A stretch of DNA of 64,000 nucleotides from Eledone cirrhosa (lineage: Eukaryota), in the NCBI GenBank assembly GCA_964016885.1, contig OZ024740.1, positions 253,766,001 through 253,830,000 of the forward strand, given 5' to 3'. The notes under the pieces are model-generated. The model saw only the letters and a list, made by a program, of their open reading frames with translations, was not told the DNA's origin and did no database searches. Position 1 is the first letter of the stretch; each line of letters opens with the position of its first letter. The translations under genes were made by a program, and so were the position numbers. Shown piece after piece: positions 23,755 through 35,419 of this stretch.

Positions 23755-24043
23755 GTGTCTGTAGAGGGAGGAAGAGAGTGGAAAGGTGGAAGTAGATGGG
23801 AGATGAAGGTGGAAGAGGGTGCAAGTAGGGTGATAGGGAAGTGGTGGTGGAGGTGGAGGCAGATGGGGAATATGAGAGGGTGAGGAGAAGGAAGTGATGG
23901 AGGAGTAGGAGAATGAGGGAGGAGAAAATGATGATGATGATAAGAAAATGATGAGAATGAGGAGGAGGAGGAGGAGGAGGATGAGGATGAGGATGATGAT
24001 GATGATGATGATGAGCAGCAGCAGCAGGAGCATCATCATCACC
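23755..24043. repeat. Purine-rich low-complexity and mixed trinucleotide repeats (GAG/GAT/CAG/CAT)
   Basis: Direct inspection. Confidence 0.85.
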
Positions 24044-24184
24044 ATTTTTTTCCCTCTATGATTTCTTTCTGTATGAAGTTCCCTCAGTTTTGAAGATTTG
24101 AAGCCAATAGCTTAGAAGAGTAAATAAAGCAGTTGACTTAAAGGAATTTGGAAAATTTGAAATATGTGTCCCAAAGTAAGTGAC

Positions 24185-24372
24185 AATAATTGTTTCTACT
24201 TTTGGCACAAGGCCAGCAATTACCCAGTCCCTTACTGGTACTTTATTTTATCGACCCTGTAAGGATGAAAGGCAAAGTTAACCTCGACTGGATTTGAACT
24301 CAGACCGTAAAGGGATGTAACTATGCTGGAAAGCATGGTGTCCGACCCTCTACCGATACTGCCAATTCACCA
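24185..24372 (-). mobile_element. tRNA-head SINE
   Basis: Reverse complement of the 17317-17507 family. Confidence 0.85.
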
Positions 24373-24708
24373 ATGATAGTTGATCACTATAAATGATGTG
24401 AGAAAGATTTTAAGCCTGGTGTCTCTGTCCACTGTTCTCTCTCCCCAGGAGCACTCTACATAATTTGCTCCACTATTATTTATAGAGGCAACTTTGCCTT
24501 ACGAGGTCGATAAAATAAAGTACCAGTAATGCAATGAGTAATTGCTGGCCTTGTGCCAAACGTAGAAACAATTTTTTATAGAGGTTGACTATTATTATGG
24601 TTATTTCCGTTAGGCCAACTACATTTCAAATTTCCTCAATGTTTTTTAAGTTAATCACTTTATATGTATGTTGTGTGTGTATAATGTGCATGTATCATCA
24701 TCATCATT

Positions 24709-26349
24709 TTACGTCCGCTTTTCCCTGCTTGCAAGGGTGGGACGGGTCTTATTCAGCACAGCATCTCTCCACTCGTCACGGTCCCTCGTCATCTCCACCG
24801 TGAGCTTCAATGATCTGAGGTCTGTTCTCACCACCTCCGCCCATGTTTTTCGTGGTCTACCTCTACCACGTCTTCCTTCAACTGGCATTTCCTGGCACTT
24901 CTTCACCCATCGGTCATCCTCCATGCGCATCACATGTCCATACCACCTCAGTCTCCTCTCCCGTACACTACATTCTATCCCTCTCAGACACAGTCTCTCT
25001 CTCAACACATTTATGCTGGGTCGTTCACGCACATTTACACTGCACATCCAACGGAGCATGCTTGCCTCATTTCTCTCCAGCCGTCGCATATCTTCTGCAG
25101 TTGCTGCCCATGTCTCACTACCATGCAGCCTCACGCTCCTCACACAGTCATCATACAACCGGCCTTTCGTACGCAGGGAGAAACCCTTCTTCGTCAACAG
25201 AGGAAGCAGCTCCCTAAACTTCTTCCAACCCGTCCTTATTCTAGATACTATGGCCTCGGAACACATTCCTCCCATGCTAATCTGATCTCCCAGGTACTGG
25301 AAGCTATCCACCATTTCTATAGCGCCCTCTTGCATTTGAAAAATGTGTCTATCAGTGCGACTTCTACTGTCTAATTTCCCTGTACATCTACTGCATACAT
25401 ATTTCTCCCTACCTGTTAGTTTGCCTGCTATCCCGCTACATCTCTTGTGCACCCAGGATCTGCATTGTGTGCATTTTATAGAATTTATGCCAGTTCCTTT
25501 TCTGCATATCGAACATGGCCATTTCCCTGATGGAATCAGGGTTTTGTCCTCTTTTCTACTCATCAACCCTTTTGTCTTAGCTAGATTCACTCTCAGTCCT
25601 CTTGCTTCTAACTGCTGTTTCCATAGCCATAATTTATTCTCTAGCTCCTCTACTGATTCTGCTATAAGAACCAGATCGTCAGCATAGAGAAGTTCCCATG
25701 GACAGCCAGTCTTAAACCCCTCTGTTATGGCTTGGAGGACTATAATGAACAAGAGCGAGCTGAGGACCGAACCCTGATGTACTCCTACTTGTATCTGAAA
25801 TTCCTCACTAAACTCCATTCCTACCCTGACTTTACTGAGAGTACCTCTGTACAAAGTTTGCACTGTCCTCACAAGCCATTCCTCAACACCTAGCTTCCTT
25901 AGGGACCACCAGATGACAGATCGGGGTACCCTATCAAAGGCCTTCTCTAGGTCAACAAAGGCTAAGTATAGTGGCTTATTCTTCTCTAAGAACCTCTCTT
26001 GCATTTGTCTCACCAAGAAGAGGGCATCTGTTGTACTCTTCCCAGGCACAAAACCAAACTGCATCTCATCTAGTTTGACCCTTTCTCTAATTAGTTGTGC
26101 TAAAATCCTTTCTGCCACTTTCATAACCTGATCTATCAGTTTTATACCCCTATAATTGCTCCTCTCCAAAGCATCCCCTTTACCTTTGTAGCAATTTATG
26201 AGAATACTGCTGCACCAGTCTTTGGGTATGACACCACCATATATAGCCTGATTGATGATGCGTGCAACCAGTTTAGTGCCTACGTCCCCTGATGCCTTCA
26301 GCATCTCAGCAACTATTCCCGATGGTCCGGCCGCCTTACCATTTTTCAT
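24709..26349 (-). CDS. RTE-clade LINE reverse transcriptase (5'-truncated, uninterrupted 546 aa) with an internal PHD-like zinc finger
   Basis: KAAGPSGI, NYRGIKL, QFGFVPGKSTTDA, FVDLEKAFDRV, GVHQGSVLS, LLYADDL, FQYLG and RRLRWYGHV; (ATG)n tail at 24695-24707. Transposon ORF lacking the endonuclease. Confidence 0.92.
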   Translation of the reverse strand: MKNGKAAGPSGIVAEMLKASGDVGTKLVARIINQAIYGGVIPKDWCSSILINCYKGKGDALERSNYRGIKLIDQVMKVAERILAQLIRERVKLDEMQFGFVPGKSTTDALFLVRQMQERFLEKNKPLYLAFVDLEKAFDRVPRSVIWWSLRKLGVEEWLVRTVQTLYRGTLSKVRVGMEFSEEFQIQVGVHQGSVLSSLLFIIVLQAITEGFKTGCPWELLYADDLVLIAESVEELENKLWLWKQQLEARGLRVNLAKTKGLMSRKEDKTLIPSGKWPCSICRKGTGINSIKCTQCRSWVHKRCSGIAGKLTGREKYVCSRCTGKLDSRSRTDRHIFQMQEGAIEMVDSFQYLGDQISMGGMCSEAIVSRIRTGWKKFRELLPLLTKKGFSLRTKGRLYDDCVRSVRLHGSETWAATAEDMRRLERNEASMLRWMCSVNVRERPSINVLRERLCLRGIECSVRERRLRWYGHVMRMEDDRWVKKCQEMPVEGRRGRGRPRKTWAEVVRTDLRSLKLTVEMTRDRDEWRDAVLNKTRPTLASREKRT

Positions 26350-26359
26350 TTCCCTAATG

Positions 26360-26409
<50 letters not shown>

Positions 26410-26411
<2 letters not shown>

Positions 26412-26830
26412 CTCTCTCTTAATTTTGAGTTTATTTTTGACTGGCCATGGAAATTGTTGTCTCTTGTGCATTCATTCATTCTATGAATTGTAAAAATGTT
26501 TTACAAACTTTGAAGGTTTCGGATATTGTGGCCATTTGGAGTTTATGAATTAATGAGTGGCGTTCTTTCTCCATAAATCTAAGTTCAGTTATACTTTGAT
26601 CCAGGTAGTTTGGTATATAACCTGTAGCTCCAATAATAATGTGTATGAAGTTGAACATGTATCTAGGATACTGGATCTGCAAACTCCTCAGTAATGATCA
26701 ATAGATGTCCTCCTTTTCTTACATTTTTCTTATCACATTGACATCATGTGGACTGTTGACTTCTACAACAGAGCATGTTTTTAATGTGCGATCCCAAACA
26801 ACAATATCAGGCCAGTGCTTTAATTTGGTG
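26410..26830 (-). mobile_element. 3' fragment of an R4/NeSL-type non-LTR element (restriction-like endonuclease), pseudogenised
   Basis: KHWPDIVVWD..KTCSVVEV..P.D.NV..K.*EK...Y...IIIGATG fits the PD..D/E..K RLE pattern; in-frame stops. Confidence 0.7.
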
Positions 26831-26852
26831 ACAGTGTATATATATATATATA

Positions 26853-27331
26853 TTAGAATTGGTGCTCTGAAATAGCCATATATATATGAATGTATATATA
26901 GTGTATTTTGCAATACACTTTATGCTTAATTAAAAGCATTTTGAAGACCGTATGCTATTGTTTTAGAGTAGTGACAGACTCACTTTAATTTCAGCAAACA
27001 GGGGGAGATAAAGCTGACAAGGCCTTGTTTCAGCATTTATTGATGCTTATCAAAGCTAACTACTCCTCCCGTCTGCTGAAATTACGGATGTTATGTTCTT
27101 ATAGAATTCTAGTAAATAATCAGGAACTGATTATACAGAGCGGTTGCCGGTCAAGCAGAAATTAAAAATTAGAATTGGTGCTCTGAAATAGCTATATATA
27201 TATGAATGTATATATAGTGTATTTTGCAATACACTTTATGCTTAATTAAAAGCATTTTGAAGACCGTTTTAGAGTAGTGACAGACTCACTTACTTTAATT
27301 TCAGCAAACAGGGGGAGATAAAGCTGACAAG
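26853..27331 (-). mobile_element. Diverged relative of the 310-bp retrozyme-like monomer (316-bp unit, 1.5 copies)
   Basis: Shares GCTCTGAAATAGC, CATTTTGAAGACC, CTTATAGAAT and AGAGCGGTTGCCGGTC..GCAGAAATTA in the same order. The HHR position (27012-27057) reads agct-TTGATAA-gcat(caataa)atgc-t-GAAA-caaggccttg-TC-agct, with the core mutated. Confidence 0.8.
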
Positions 27332-27962
27332 TTGTCTCCTGGGGGGTCTTGGATATTTCAACGCTTTAAAGACAGGGTGTTCGATAACTGGGTAAGTTAT
27401 TGGGAAAATGGAGGAGAGAGAGAAGAAAAATAGAAGGGAAAAGGGGAAAAGAGAAAACAGCGAAAAATAACAACAAACAAATGTGCAGCAACTGGAGAGA
27501 GAATCCAAGGCCACAGTGGTAACAGAACATAAGTTCGAGAGCGTGTGATCGAACGAAAAAGACGACTGACCCAAGCGAGTGTGAGTGAGAAAAAGACTGC
27601 TAGAAGGTCAGGTGAGGGAAAACAATGAGGTGGCAAGCAGAGAGAGGGTGAGTGAAAGTGAGAGGGAGAAAGGGAGAGGAAGAAAGAGGGGGAAGAGTAG
27701 ATAGTAACGAAGTAGGTAGGTAGAAGGAGAGAGAAGAGAGAGAGAGAAGACAGGTCACAGTGAAACATGATAAAATATATGGCAAATTTGGTGGCTATGT
27801 AGTTGCTAGTTAAGTTAGGCTTAAAAATGGAATGAGAGTAAGAAGAAAGCAAGAAGGGGGGGGGGGGAGTTTTCCTCATCAGATGTCTCCTGGGGGTCTC
27901 GGATATTTCAACGCTTTAAAGACAATATATCTACCCCCAGGGCGTTCAATAACCAGGTAAGC
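27331..27962 (-). repeat. ~550-bp unit with terminal direct repeat (probable PLE pseudo-LTR)
   Basis: TGTCTCCTGGGGG.TCT.GGATATTTCAACGCTTTAAAGACA at ~27334 and ~27884; the block TTTCA.CGCTTTAAAGAC is shared with 37103-37985. Confidence 0.55.
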
Positions 27963-28782
27963 TATATATATATATATATATGAGAATCAAAGAGTGTTTA
28001 ATCTTTCAAACATTTAATCACTGACAATCATTTTATCCTAGTACAAGGCCGTGACAACGTTTTGATCTTTTATTTGTGTTTGATTTTTGTTATCAACTCT
28101 GATGATTCCGGCTTTGTTTGAAAGATTAAACACTCTTTGATTGTCATTTACATTGATTGTATTTTGGCTCTGTATTATACTTGTTATTTTACATCGAGCT
28201 ATTTTTATACTTGTAACTGGGTAATATTTATTATTACCCACCATATATATATATTTATATATAGCTATACTTATATATGTTAACCTAATATATTCCTTCC
28301 ATATACTGTACCAATTGTGTTGTTATTTCTGTTTACCTTTTACTTATATATATATAAATGTTCTGAAAGTACAGTAGCCAGAGTTAGAATGGGATGGAAA
28401 AAGTTCAGAGTTAATACCGCTGTTGGCTACAAAAGGTTTCTCTCAAAAAATGGAAGGCAGATTGTATGATGCTTGTATACGAACAGCAATGATGATGGTG
28501 ATATGTGTATGTGTGTATGTATGTATATATATGTATAATGATATTCTTCTTCTTCTTCTTCTTCTTCTTCATACTGAGTTTATTTTTGACCAACCATTTT
28601 CACTGTGGCAAAATAGTTTAGATCATCATTATCATCTTCATGACCATTTACCATATGCTTTCTTTACTAGTAAGGGTTGGAAGGGTTTTCACAGACCGAT
28701 TCAATCCTGATGCAGGACTACTGATCTCCCAAACAGTTTTTCCAGAAGATTTTTCAGGCATGGCACCAATCGTACTATACAA

Positions 28783-28905
28783 GGGTTAGGGTTAGGATTA
28801 AGGTTATAGTTGGTGTTGGGGTTAGGTTTAGGGTTACGGTTGGGGTTGGTGTTGGGGTTAGATTTAGGGTTACGGTTGGGGTTGATGTTGGGGTTAGAGT
28901 TAGGG
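28783..28905. repeat. Degenerate TTAGGG-like hexamer tract with 36-bp higher-order period
   Basis: GGGTTAGGGTTAGGATTAAGGTTA...TTTAGGGTTACGGTTGGGGTTG occurs twice. Confidence 0.8.
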
Positions 28906-29283
28906 GAGCAAAGAAAACTCTTGGAGAGGGGGCATGTCCAAGGTTCCTCCTTCCCCATCTGTTTTCCAAGAAAAAATCCTTTGCTGCATATTCGGAGGTA
29001 AGATTAGTTGGTAGCACATAAAAAAAATCGAGCTAGAAAGCTAGTCATATCCAACTGGCTTGGAGGCCATATTTATTGATAATGTGTGAAAAAAATGGTA
29101 GAGAAAACTCCGGGGGAAAGGGGTGATCTGGAGGATGACGGGGTTCACTCCAGTATCCCTGCTACATTTCGAGGGGAAAAAAGTCGATTGCAAGCATCAT
29201 GTTGGAGATCGGATTAGTTGATGACACAAAAAAAATAATAATAATAATTTCCCACTGAAATCAGGAGGGGTGTTTTTCTATAA

Positions 29284-29474
29284 TAATAATTGTTTCTACT
29301 TTTGGCACAAGGCCAGCTATTACCCCAGTGTATTACTGGTGATTTATTTTATCGTCCCCATAAGGATGAAAGGCAAAGTTAACCTCGGCAGGATTTGAAC
29401 TCAGAATCGCAAAGGCCGAAACTCTATGCATCAAAGCATGGTGTCCGATCCTCTACCGATACTGCCAATCCACC
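29284..29474 (-). mobile_element. tRNA-head SINE
   Basis: Reverse complement of the 17317 family. Confidence 0.85.
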
Positions 29475-29647
29475 CCTCATTTTTGCCTTGCTGGGTGAAC
29501 TGGAACAACAAGAAATACACATTGTGCCACTAGGAATCGTACTGACGGTTGTGAACTGAACACCTCTGAGTGATTCACTTCACTTCACATTCCTCTCTCT
29601 AACTAATGTAGATAATAGATATAACTAGTACTCCGTTGGTTACGACG

Positions 29648-29839
29648 ACTAGTGTTCCGTTTGATACGATCAACGAAACAGCCTCCTCGTGAAATTAATG
29701 TGCAAGTGGCTGAGCATTCCACAGACCCACGTATGCTGAGAATTAAGTTTAGGATACGTGTGTCTGTGGAATGCTCAGCCACTTGCATGTTAATTTCACA
29801 AGCAGGATGTTCCGTTGATCATATCAGCTGGAACACTAG
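29648..29839. repeat. ~85-bp-arm inverted repeat within a SINE-like element
   Basis: CTAGTGTTCC...GTGGCTGAGCATTCCACAGAC / GTCTGTGGAATGCTCAGCCAC...GGAACACTAG. Confidence 0.85.
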
Positions 29840-29869
29840 ACAAGCTAGCCCTTCAAATTACAGGTACAA

Positions 29870-31345
29870 AGGTTTCTTCATACTCAGGAACTACCTGTCT
29901 ATTCCTAAGCTTCTCTATCTGCTCAAGGTCAGCCCCTCTCACAGATTTCCGTCCTGCTTCCAACACTTCGACGACCTAATCTTCGAGAGACTCGAGTGCC
30001 TGGTCAATGTTAGACTCTCTCCAGAGTTCCGCGATCAGGCTGTGTTGCCCTAGCGATTTGGAGGTCTTGGTCTTCGTAAGTGTTCGTCCCTCTCTTTCCT
30101 CTGCTTCCTTTCCTCCCCCCACGCTTGCTCCACCCTGGTGAGCAGCATCCTCTCCTCTCCAGCATGGGCTAGTTCCAACAGGGAGTTGGGTAAAGCTCTC
30201 CAGCAATGGAGTGAGTTGGGCTTGTCTCTTCCTGAGAAGGTGGAGTACAGTCGAAGTCAGAGAACTTGAGACAGCATAAGTTTGAAGGCCACCTTCGACT
30301 CCCTCTTCTTCCAGTCAGATCAGTTTGTAAGGTGTCGCTTACTATCTGCCAGCGCCAAATACTCAGGCGACTGGGTTGATGCCTTATCCGTGGCCAACGT
30401 TGGTGGCCTACTCAGCCTGGACAAACTTCATGTTTCCATTGCCCGCAGAGTGAGAGCTGACATCTGCATGGGTTTGAGGTGCCGATGCGGCAAACTCCTC
30501 AATTCCACAGGCCTCCACGGTCTTTCTTGCCGCCTGAATGCCGACCGCTTCATGCGTTACACGGAGCTAAACCTCATTCTGAAGAGAGCTTTGGCCCGGG
30601 CGAATATCCTCTCAGTCTTGGAACCATCTGGGTTGTCCAGAAGTGGCGGCAAAAGACCTGATGGCCTTACCCTGTGCCCCTGGTCGAGAGGCAGGTGCCT
30701 TGTCTGGGACGTCACTGTTAGTGACTCTTTTGCTATTTCCCACATCCTGGATGCTGCAGTTAGGATGAGAGCCACAGCTTCCACAACTGAGCGGAGTAAG
30801 ACCCTCAAATACTCTGATCTGTCGGCCAGCTACATTTTTAAGCCTGTGGCTTTCGAGACGTTTGGGGGAGTCGGGCCGCTGATTGCGAGGTTCCTCTCTT
30901 CACTGGCGGCTCGCCTAATAGAGGTAACTGGTGAATCTCGCGAGGCCGCTTGGCTGTTTCAGCGCATCAGCCTCGCCATCACCCAGGGCAACGCTACGAG
31001 CGTGCTGGCTTGCCTCAAAAATCATTAGAGAGGTTGCCCAGTACTCCTCGCGACGTTGCTGTCTTTTGCTCTGGTGTTGGCTCGGTTGTTCACCCCTTCC
31101 TTTACATTTTCTTTACTATTGTAACATTAAAAGAATATTCTTTCTGAATGAACCGCGAGCTATTTATAATGTTATCGAAGCATTTGTAATGTTATTTATG
31201 TATATATTTAAAACATATTTGTTATGTTATTCTACTGTAAATTTATTTATATGCTCTGTTTATATTTTCATTCTGAAAGAATCGCAAACGATTTGTAATG
31301 TCATTGTATCATTATATTTCTTTTTATACAACTGGGAATAAAATA
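29870..31345 (+). mobile_element. 5'-truncated CRE-clade non-LTR retrotransposon (post-RT region, zinc knuckle, restriction-like endonuclease)
   Basis: PKLLYLL, GGLGLR, CRCG....TGLHGLSC, KRPDGLTLCPWSRGRCLVWDVT, KY, FKPVAFETFG and LFQRISLAITQGNA; AATAAA at ~31338. Confidence 0.85.
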
Positions 31346-31836
31346 TCTATATATTGCTCATCTCAAACTGAAATAAAAGCTTATTTTTGCCAGCTGATTG
31401 AACGCAAACAACATTAAAATAAAATGTCTTGCTGAAAGACACAATGCGGTGCCGGAAATCGAACTCACGACGTTATGATTGTGAGAGCCGAATACCCTAA
31501 CCACAAAGCCACTCGCCTTCACTGGATATAATGACTTCTTTATCAGCCAGACGGACGAGCAGATAGATATAATTCGATGTGTTTGTTTGGTCAGCTGTAA
31601 AAATACAATCTGTAGTTAATTCGTTCGTTGTAACTGACTCATCCTTCCATATTTTTCACTACACTCGTTATTTCCCGACACTACTAAATACTGAAAGTCG
31701 TAAAGAGCCGAATGTAGAGAGCAACTGTTGGGTCATATCGCGTAGAATTGAATTAACTTGCTGTCAATTATTTTCTCTATGTTCTGTCGGAATAACCGGC
31801 TTCTGAAGGACATCAATAAATATTTCCCCTTTAATC

Positions 31837-31951
31837 ATGGATAATCACTTACTAAAGGATTTTAATACCCCGTTGTTTATTCCGGGTGGACGTACAACTC
31901 AAATGGATCAGCTACGAGCGATTATTAACCAGAAATATACCCAACATTTAG
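31837..31951 (+). CDS. AACS: Acetoacetyl-CoA synthetase, coding exon 1
   Basis: MDNHLLKDFNTPLFIPGGRTTQMDQLRAIINQKYTQHL-G, similar to vertebrate AACS NTQMDRFRA. 115 nt, phase-1 GT donor (gttgta), in frame with exon 2. Confidence 0.8.
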
Positions 31952-32584
31952 GTTGTATACCCGACTTTTTTAAAAATAAATATCCTAAACATGTGTGTTT
32001 TTCTACATTTTCGTTCACCGTGTAAATAGTATTGGTGTAGACTGTAAATATTTATATTTACTCTGTAAATATTTATATATACACTATAAATGATAATTTA
32101 TAGGCGAAATATGTATGTTATAATGAAATATTAAGACGTGAAAAGGATCTTATTTTTAAGGGGAGACAAACACGAGGGCTAGAAGACCATTCAGGAGTTT
32201 TCTTGGGACACGTAAAATAAGGGAAATTACTTTGACTGAATATTGAAACCGTGTCGCAACTTTTTCTTACTAACAGAGCTCAGAATTTTAATAAAGGAAT
32301 TTAATTCTTCTCTTATGTCACACATACATGCAACACACACATACAGTACACTCGTACACATACAATACAAAATGCCATCCCAGTCGTGACCATCTCATCT
32401 TTCTTCTAGGCATAGTATACTAATAGGACCTCAATGTATCCGTTCTTAAAATGGTAAAGAGGCGGTATACTTTGAGGGAAGCTGACTGTTATGTTTAGTC
32501 AATGAAGCAACCCCCCCAGAAGAGCCTCCTTCGTCAGTAATAATTGTTTCTACTTTTGGCACAAGGCCAGCAATTAAGGATTAT

Positions 32585-32773
32585 AATAATTGTTTCTACT
32601 TTAGGCACAAAGCCAGAAAATACCCAGTGCATTACTGGTACTTTATTTTATCGACCCCGTAAGGATGAAAGGCAAAGTCAACCTCGGCGGGATTTGAACT
32701 CAGATCGTAAAGGGACGTAACTATGCTGGAAAGCATGGCGTCCTACCCTCTACCGATACTGCCAATCCACCGC
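32585..32773 (-). mobile_element. tRNA-head SINE (AACS intron 1)
   Basis: Reverse complement of the 17317 family; a partial 3' duplicate lies at 32539-32575. Confidence 0.85.
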
Positions 32774-33581
32774 AATAATGTTAGAAAGCAGGCACTGTTA
32801 TTTCTATATAGTTACTTTAGTTCTTTGTTCTACGTGTTGATATCTTACCAACATGTAACATTCCAATTGTCTCTCTTTTGAATAGCTTCACTGGCTTTTA
32901 GTTATTTTATTTTTTATAGAGATCTTGGTGCTTACAGTTAAGTGCCACACAAAATACTTGGTAGTATTTATACGATTAAAATATTTAGACAGCATACAAA
33001 TAAACATAATAGAGAGAGGGCATACATAATACATAGTGAGTGAAAGTGGGGTTAGAAGAGAAATGTGGGACGTCAGAACGAGTATCCTTCATTTTGGTCC
33101 ATTTTTATTCACGTTGTCTTAGGGTGAGAGAGGAGAGTATTTATTATTTTCAAAATAACCAATTCAATACAAATAATGTATTATATTGTTAAGGTACACT
33201 ACACCTAGTTGTTCTCTCAACAAATATTGTATTATATTGTCGAAGTACACTACACTTATACTCAATTGTTCTCTCAACACACCTGTACTTTGTTGTACAC
33301 CATTTTTTCTCGAAATGTTTTATATTACTTTCAAGATTAAATGAAGAGTTAAACTAAGGAGAAATGTGATAACAACCGTATGATGTAAATCAAAAAAGAA
33401 ACAAAAAAAAGAATAAATTAACCAACAAAGGAAGGGAAATGGGTAGGACGGGAGGGACAGTTCTACCATCCAGTGGGTTCTGTCAGAAGCAACCGTCTCC
33501 AATTAACCCGGCTGGATCCCCAAGCGAGACCAGCTAAGCTTATAGCAAAGCTATACAAAAAAGAATTATGGACATTATTTG

Positions 33582-33698
33582 TGAGTTCAAATCCTGCCGA
33601 GATTAACTTTGCCTTTCATCCTTACAGGGTCGATAAAATAAAGTACCAGTAATGCACTGGGTAATTGCTGGCCTTGTGCCAAAAGTAGAAACAATTAT
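33582..33698 (+). mobile_element. tRNA-head SINE, 3' half
   Basis: GAGTTCAAATCC...AAAAGTAGAAACAATTATT. Confidence 0.8.
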
Positions 33699-34089
33699 TT
33701 GTTTGTTTGTAAAAGTAGAATTAAATTGTATTTATCAAGAAAACTTCATGAAGTTCACTGGCTTGGTTGAGAGAGAGAGCAAGAGATAGAGATTGAGTGA
33801 AAGAGAGAGAAGGCAAGAGTCTGTAAGACCCCAAGTGGTCTGTAGAAAGCAAATGTTTACATGTTTACTCTATTAAGACTCGCTCTGAATTTGCTTGGCC
33901 CGATCTAAGGCAGGCTATTTATCTATGTCGCTTCCTCTGTCTCCAAGACTTTAGAACAAAGGGCTGACCTTTCAAGGTCGTCCAATTTGAGACCCGTTGA
34001 CGCCCGAAAAGAGATAACCCATAAAACGATCGTTAAATGTCACCCAGGGGTCAACATGTGGACAGATTTCGCTACAAGTTCATGGATGT

Positions 34090-34800
34090 TATCCAACCAA
34101 TTTGCTCATGGTCTATTCCTGGATCTCTCCCTAGCGATTCTTTCCTGAGACATTCTAACCACATGTCCGTAATATCGGAGCTGTGATCTCTGTTTGAAGA
34201 AGAAGCGGCTTTCTCTGGAGCAACTCACTGATCTCCAAGCTATACACTCTATCAAATAACGTTACTCCAAAGATCCTTCAGAGGAATTTAATTTTGGCCA
34301 CTTGTATTCATGATCATATTCTTTCAGCCATTACCCAAGATTCATGACCATAGGTAAAGTTTGGTACGAATACTGAATTGAAGATAGTGAGTTTTGGTTT
34401 TTACACCTATTTTTGTGTCCCAAATAATAGGGGGTGTTGGAATAAGCATGGGGTGTGGAAAATCAATAATTTTTCTAGGCTGTCTCTGTTGATTTGTTTT
34501 AAAAATCAGAATTAGTAATTTAGTTTACATATTGAGACCCCCAACCCATCCTATTTATAATGTATGATATTTCTAGTAATATACTTTTTTTGTCATGTAT
34601 AATGTTTTTTAATGTCTAAAGAAATTTAATTATTGCAGGAATGCTACCATTTAAAATATAATTTTGCTAGAAACAGATTAGCAAAATTCAATAAGCAAGG
34701 GGGTTAGAAAAAATCTGAAAAATAAATAAGTGGGGCAGGGGAACATTATTCTAGACCCGAGAGTACCTCCCTTTTCCTGATTACTGAATGCTGAAGCTGG
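34090..34800 (-). mobile_element. RTE LINE fragment interrupted by a ~360-bp insertion (34407-34765, possible MITE)
   Basis: 34135-34406 and 34766-34798 are reverse complements of contiguous sequence at 36108-36405. Confidence 0.7.
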
Positions 34801-34837
34801 CCCATTAATAATCTATATTCTATCAATTCATATACAG

Positions 34838-34941
34838 GCACTTATGATGATTTCTACAAATGGTCATGTGATAATTATGCTGAGTTTTGGGAAGAAGTTT
34901 GGCATTTTACTGGTGTTGTTCACTCAAAGACATATGATGAG
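34838..34941 (+). CDS. AACS: Acetoacetyl-CoA synthetase, exon 2
   Basis: tacag/ (G)TYDDFYKWSCDNYAEFWEEVWHFTGVVHSKTYDE /gtaagt; 104 nt. Matches vertebrate [34 protein letters not shown]. Confidence 0.93.
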
Positions 34942-35419
34942 GTAAGTTATCTTTCTGTCCTTCACTCTTGTATATCATATTTTGTGGCTTATAAGCCGCT
35001 CCAAAGCATTAGATGAATCCCCAATTTAGAAGATAATAATCAACAAAAAAAAAAATGACAAGTGCCTAAGACCAAGTAATATTCACTGCACAGAAAGGTG
35101 GTGGATTGGCAGAATTGGTAGCATGTCAGATAAAATACCACTGTGGCATTTGTTCTGGCTCTTTATCAAATCCCACTGAGATCAACTCTCTTTCATCCTT
35201 CTGGGGCCGATAAAATAAAGTACCAGTCAAGTAGTGCGGTTGATTTAATCAACTTTGCCCTTCTCTGAAACCTAACCATATTTCAACTTGAAATCCTCAC
35301 AAACCAGGCTGGAGCAATACATTTATATTGACCATATGTCTAATGAAATGCACTTTATTTAAATTAGATAATAAAAAATGTTGAGGGATTTACTAAAATT
35401 ATCAATTATTTCATTGATA

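Noticed and set aside
23716-24045. ORF with a signal-peptide or transmembrane-like poly-Leu/Ile stretch
   Set aside because: Product of trinucleotide low-complexity sequence.
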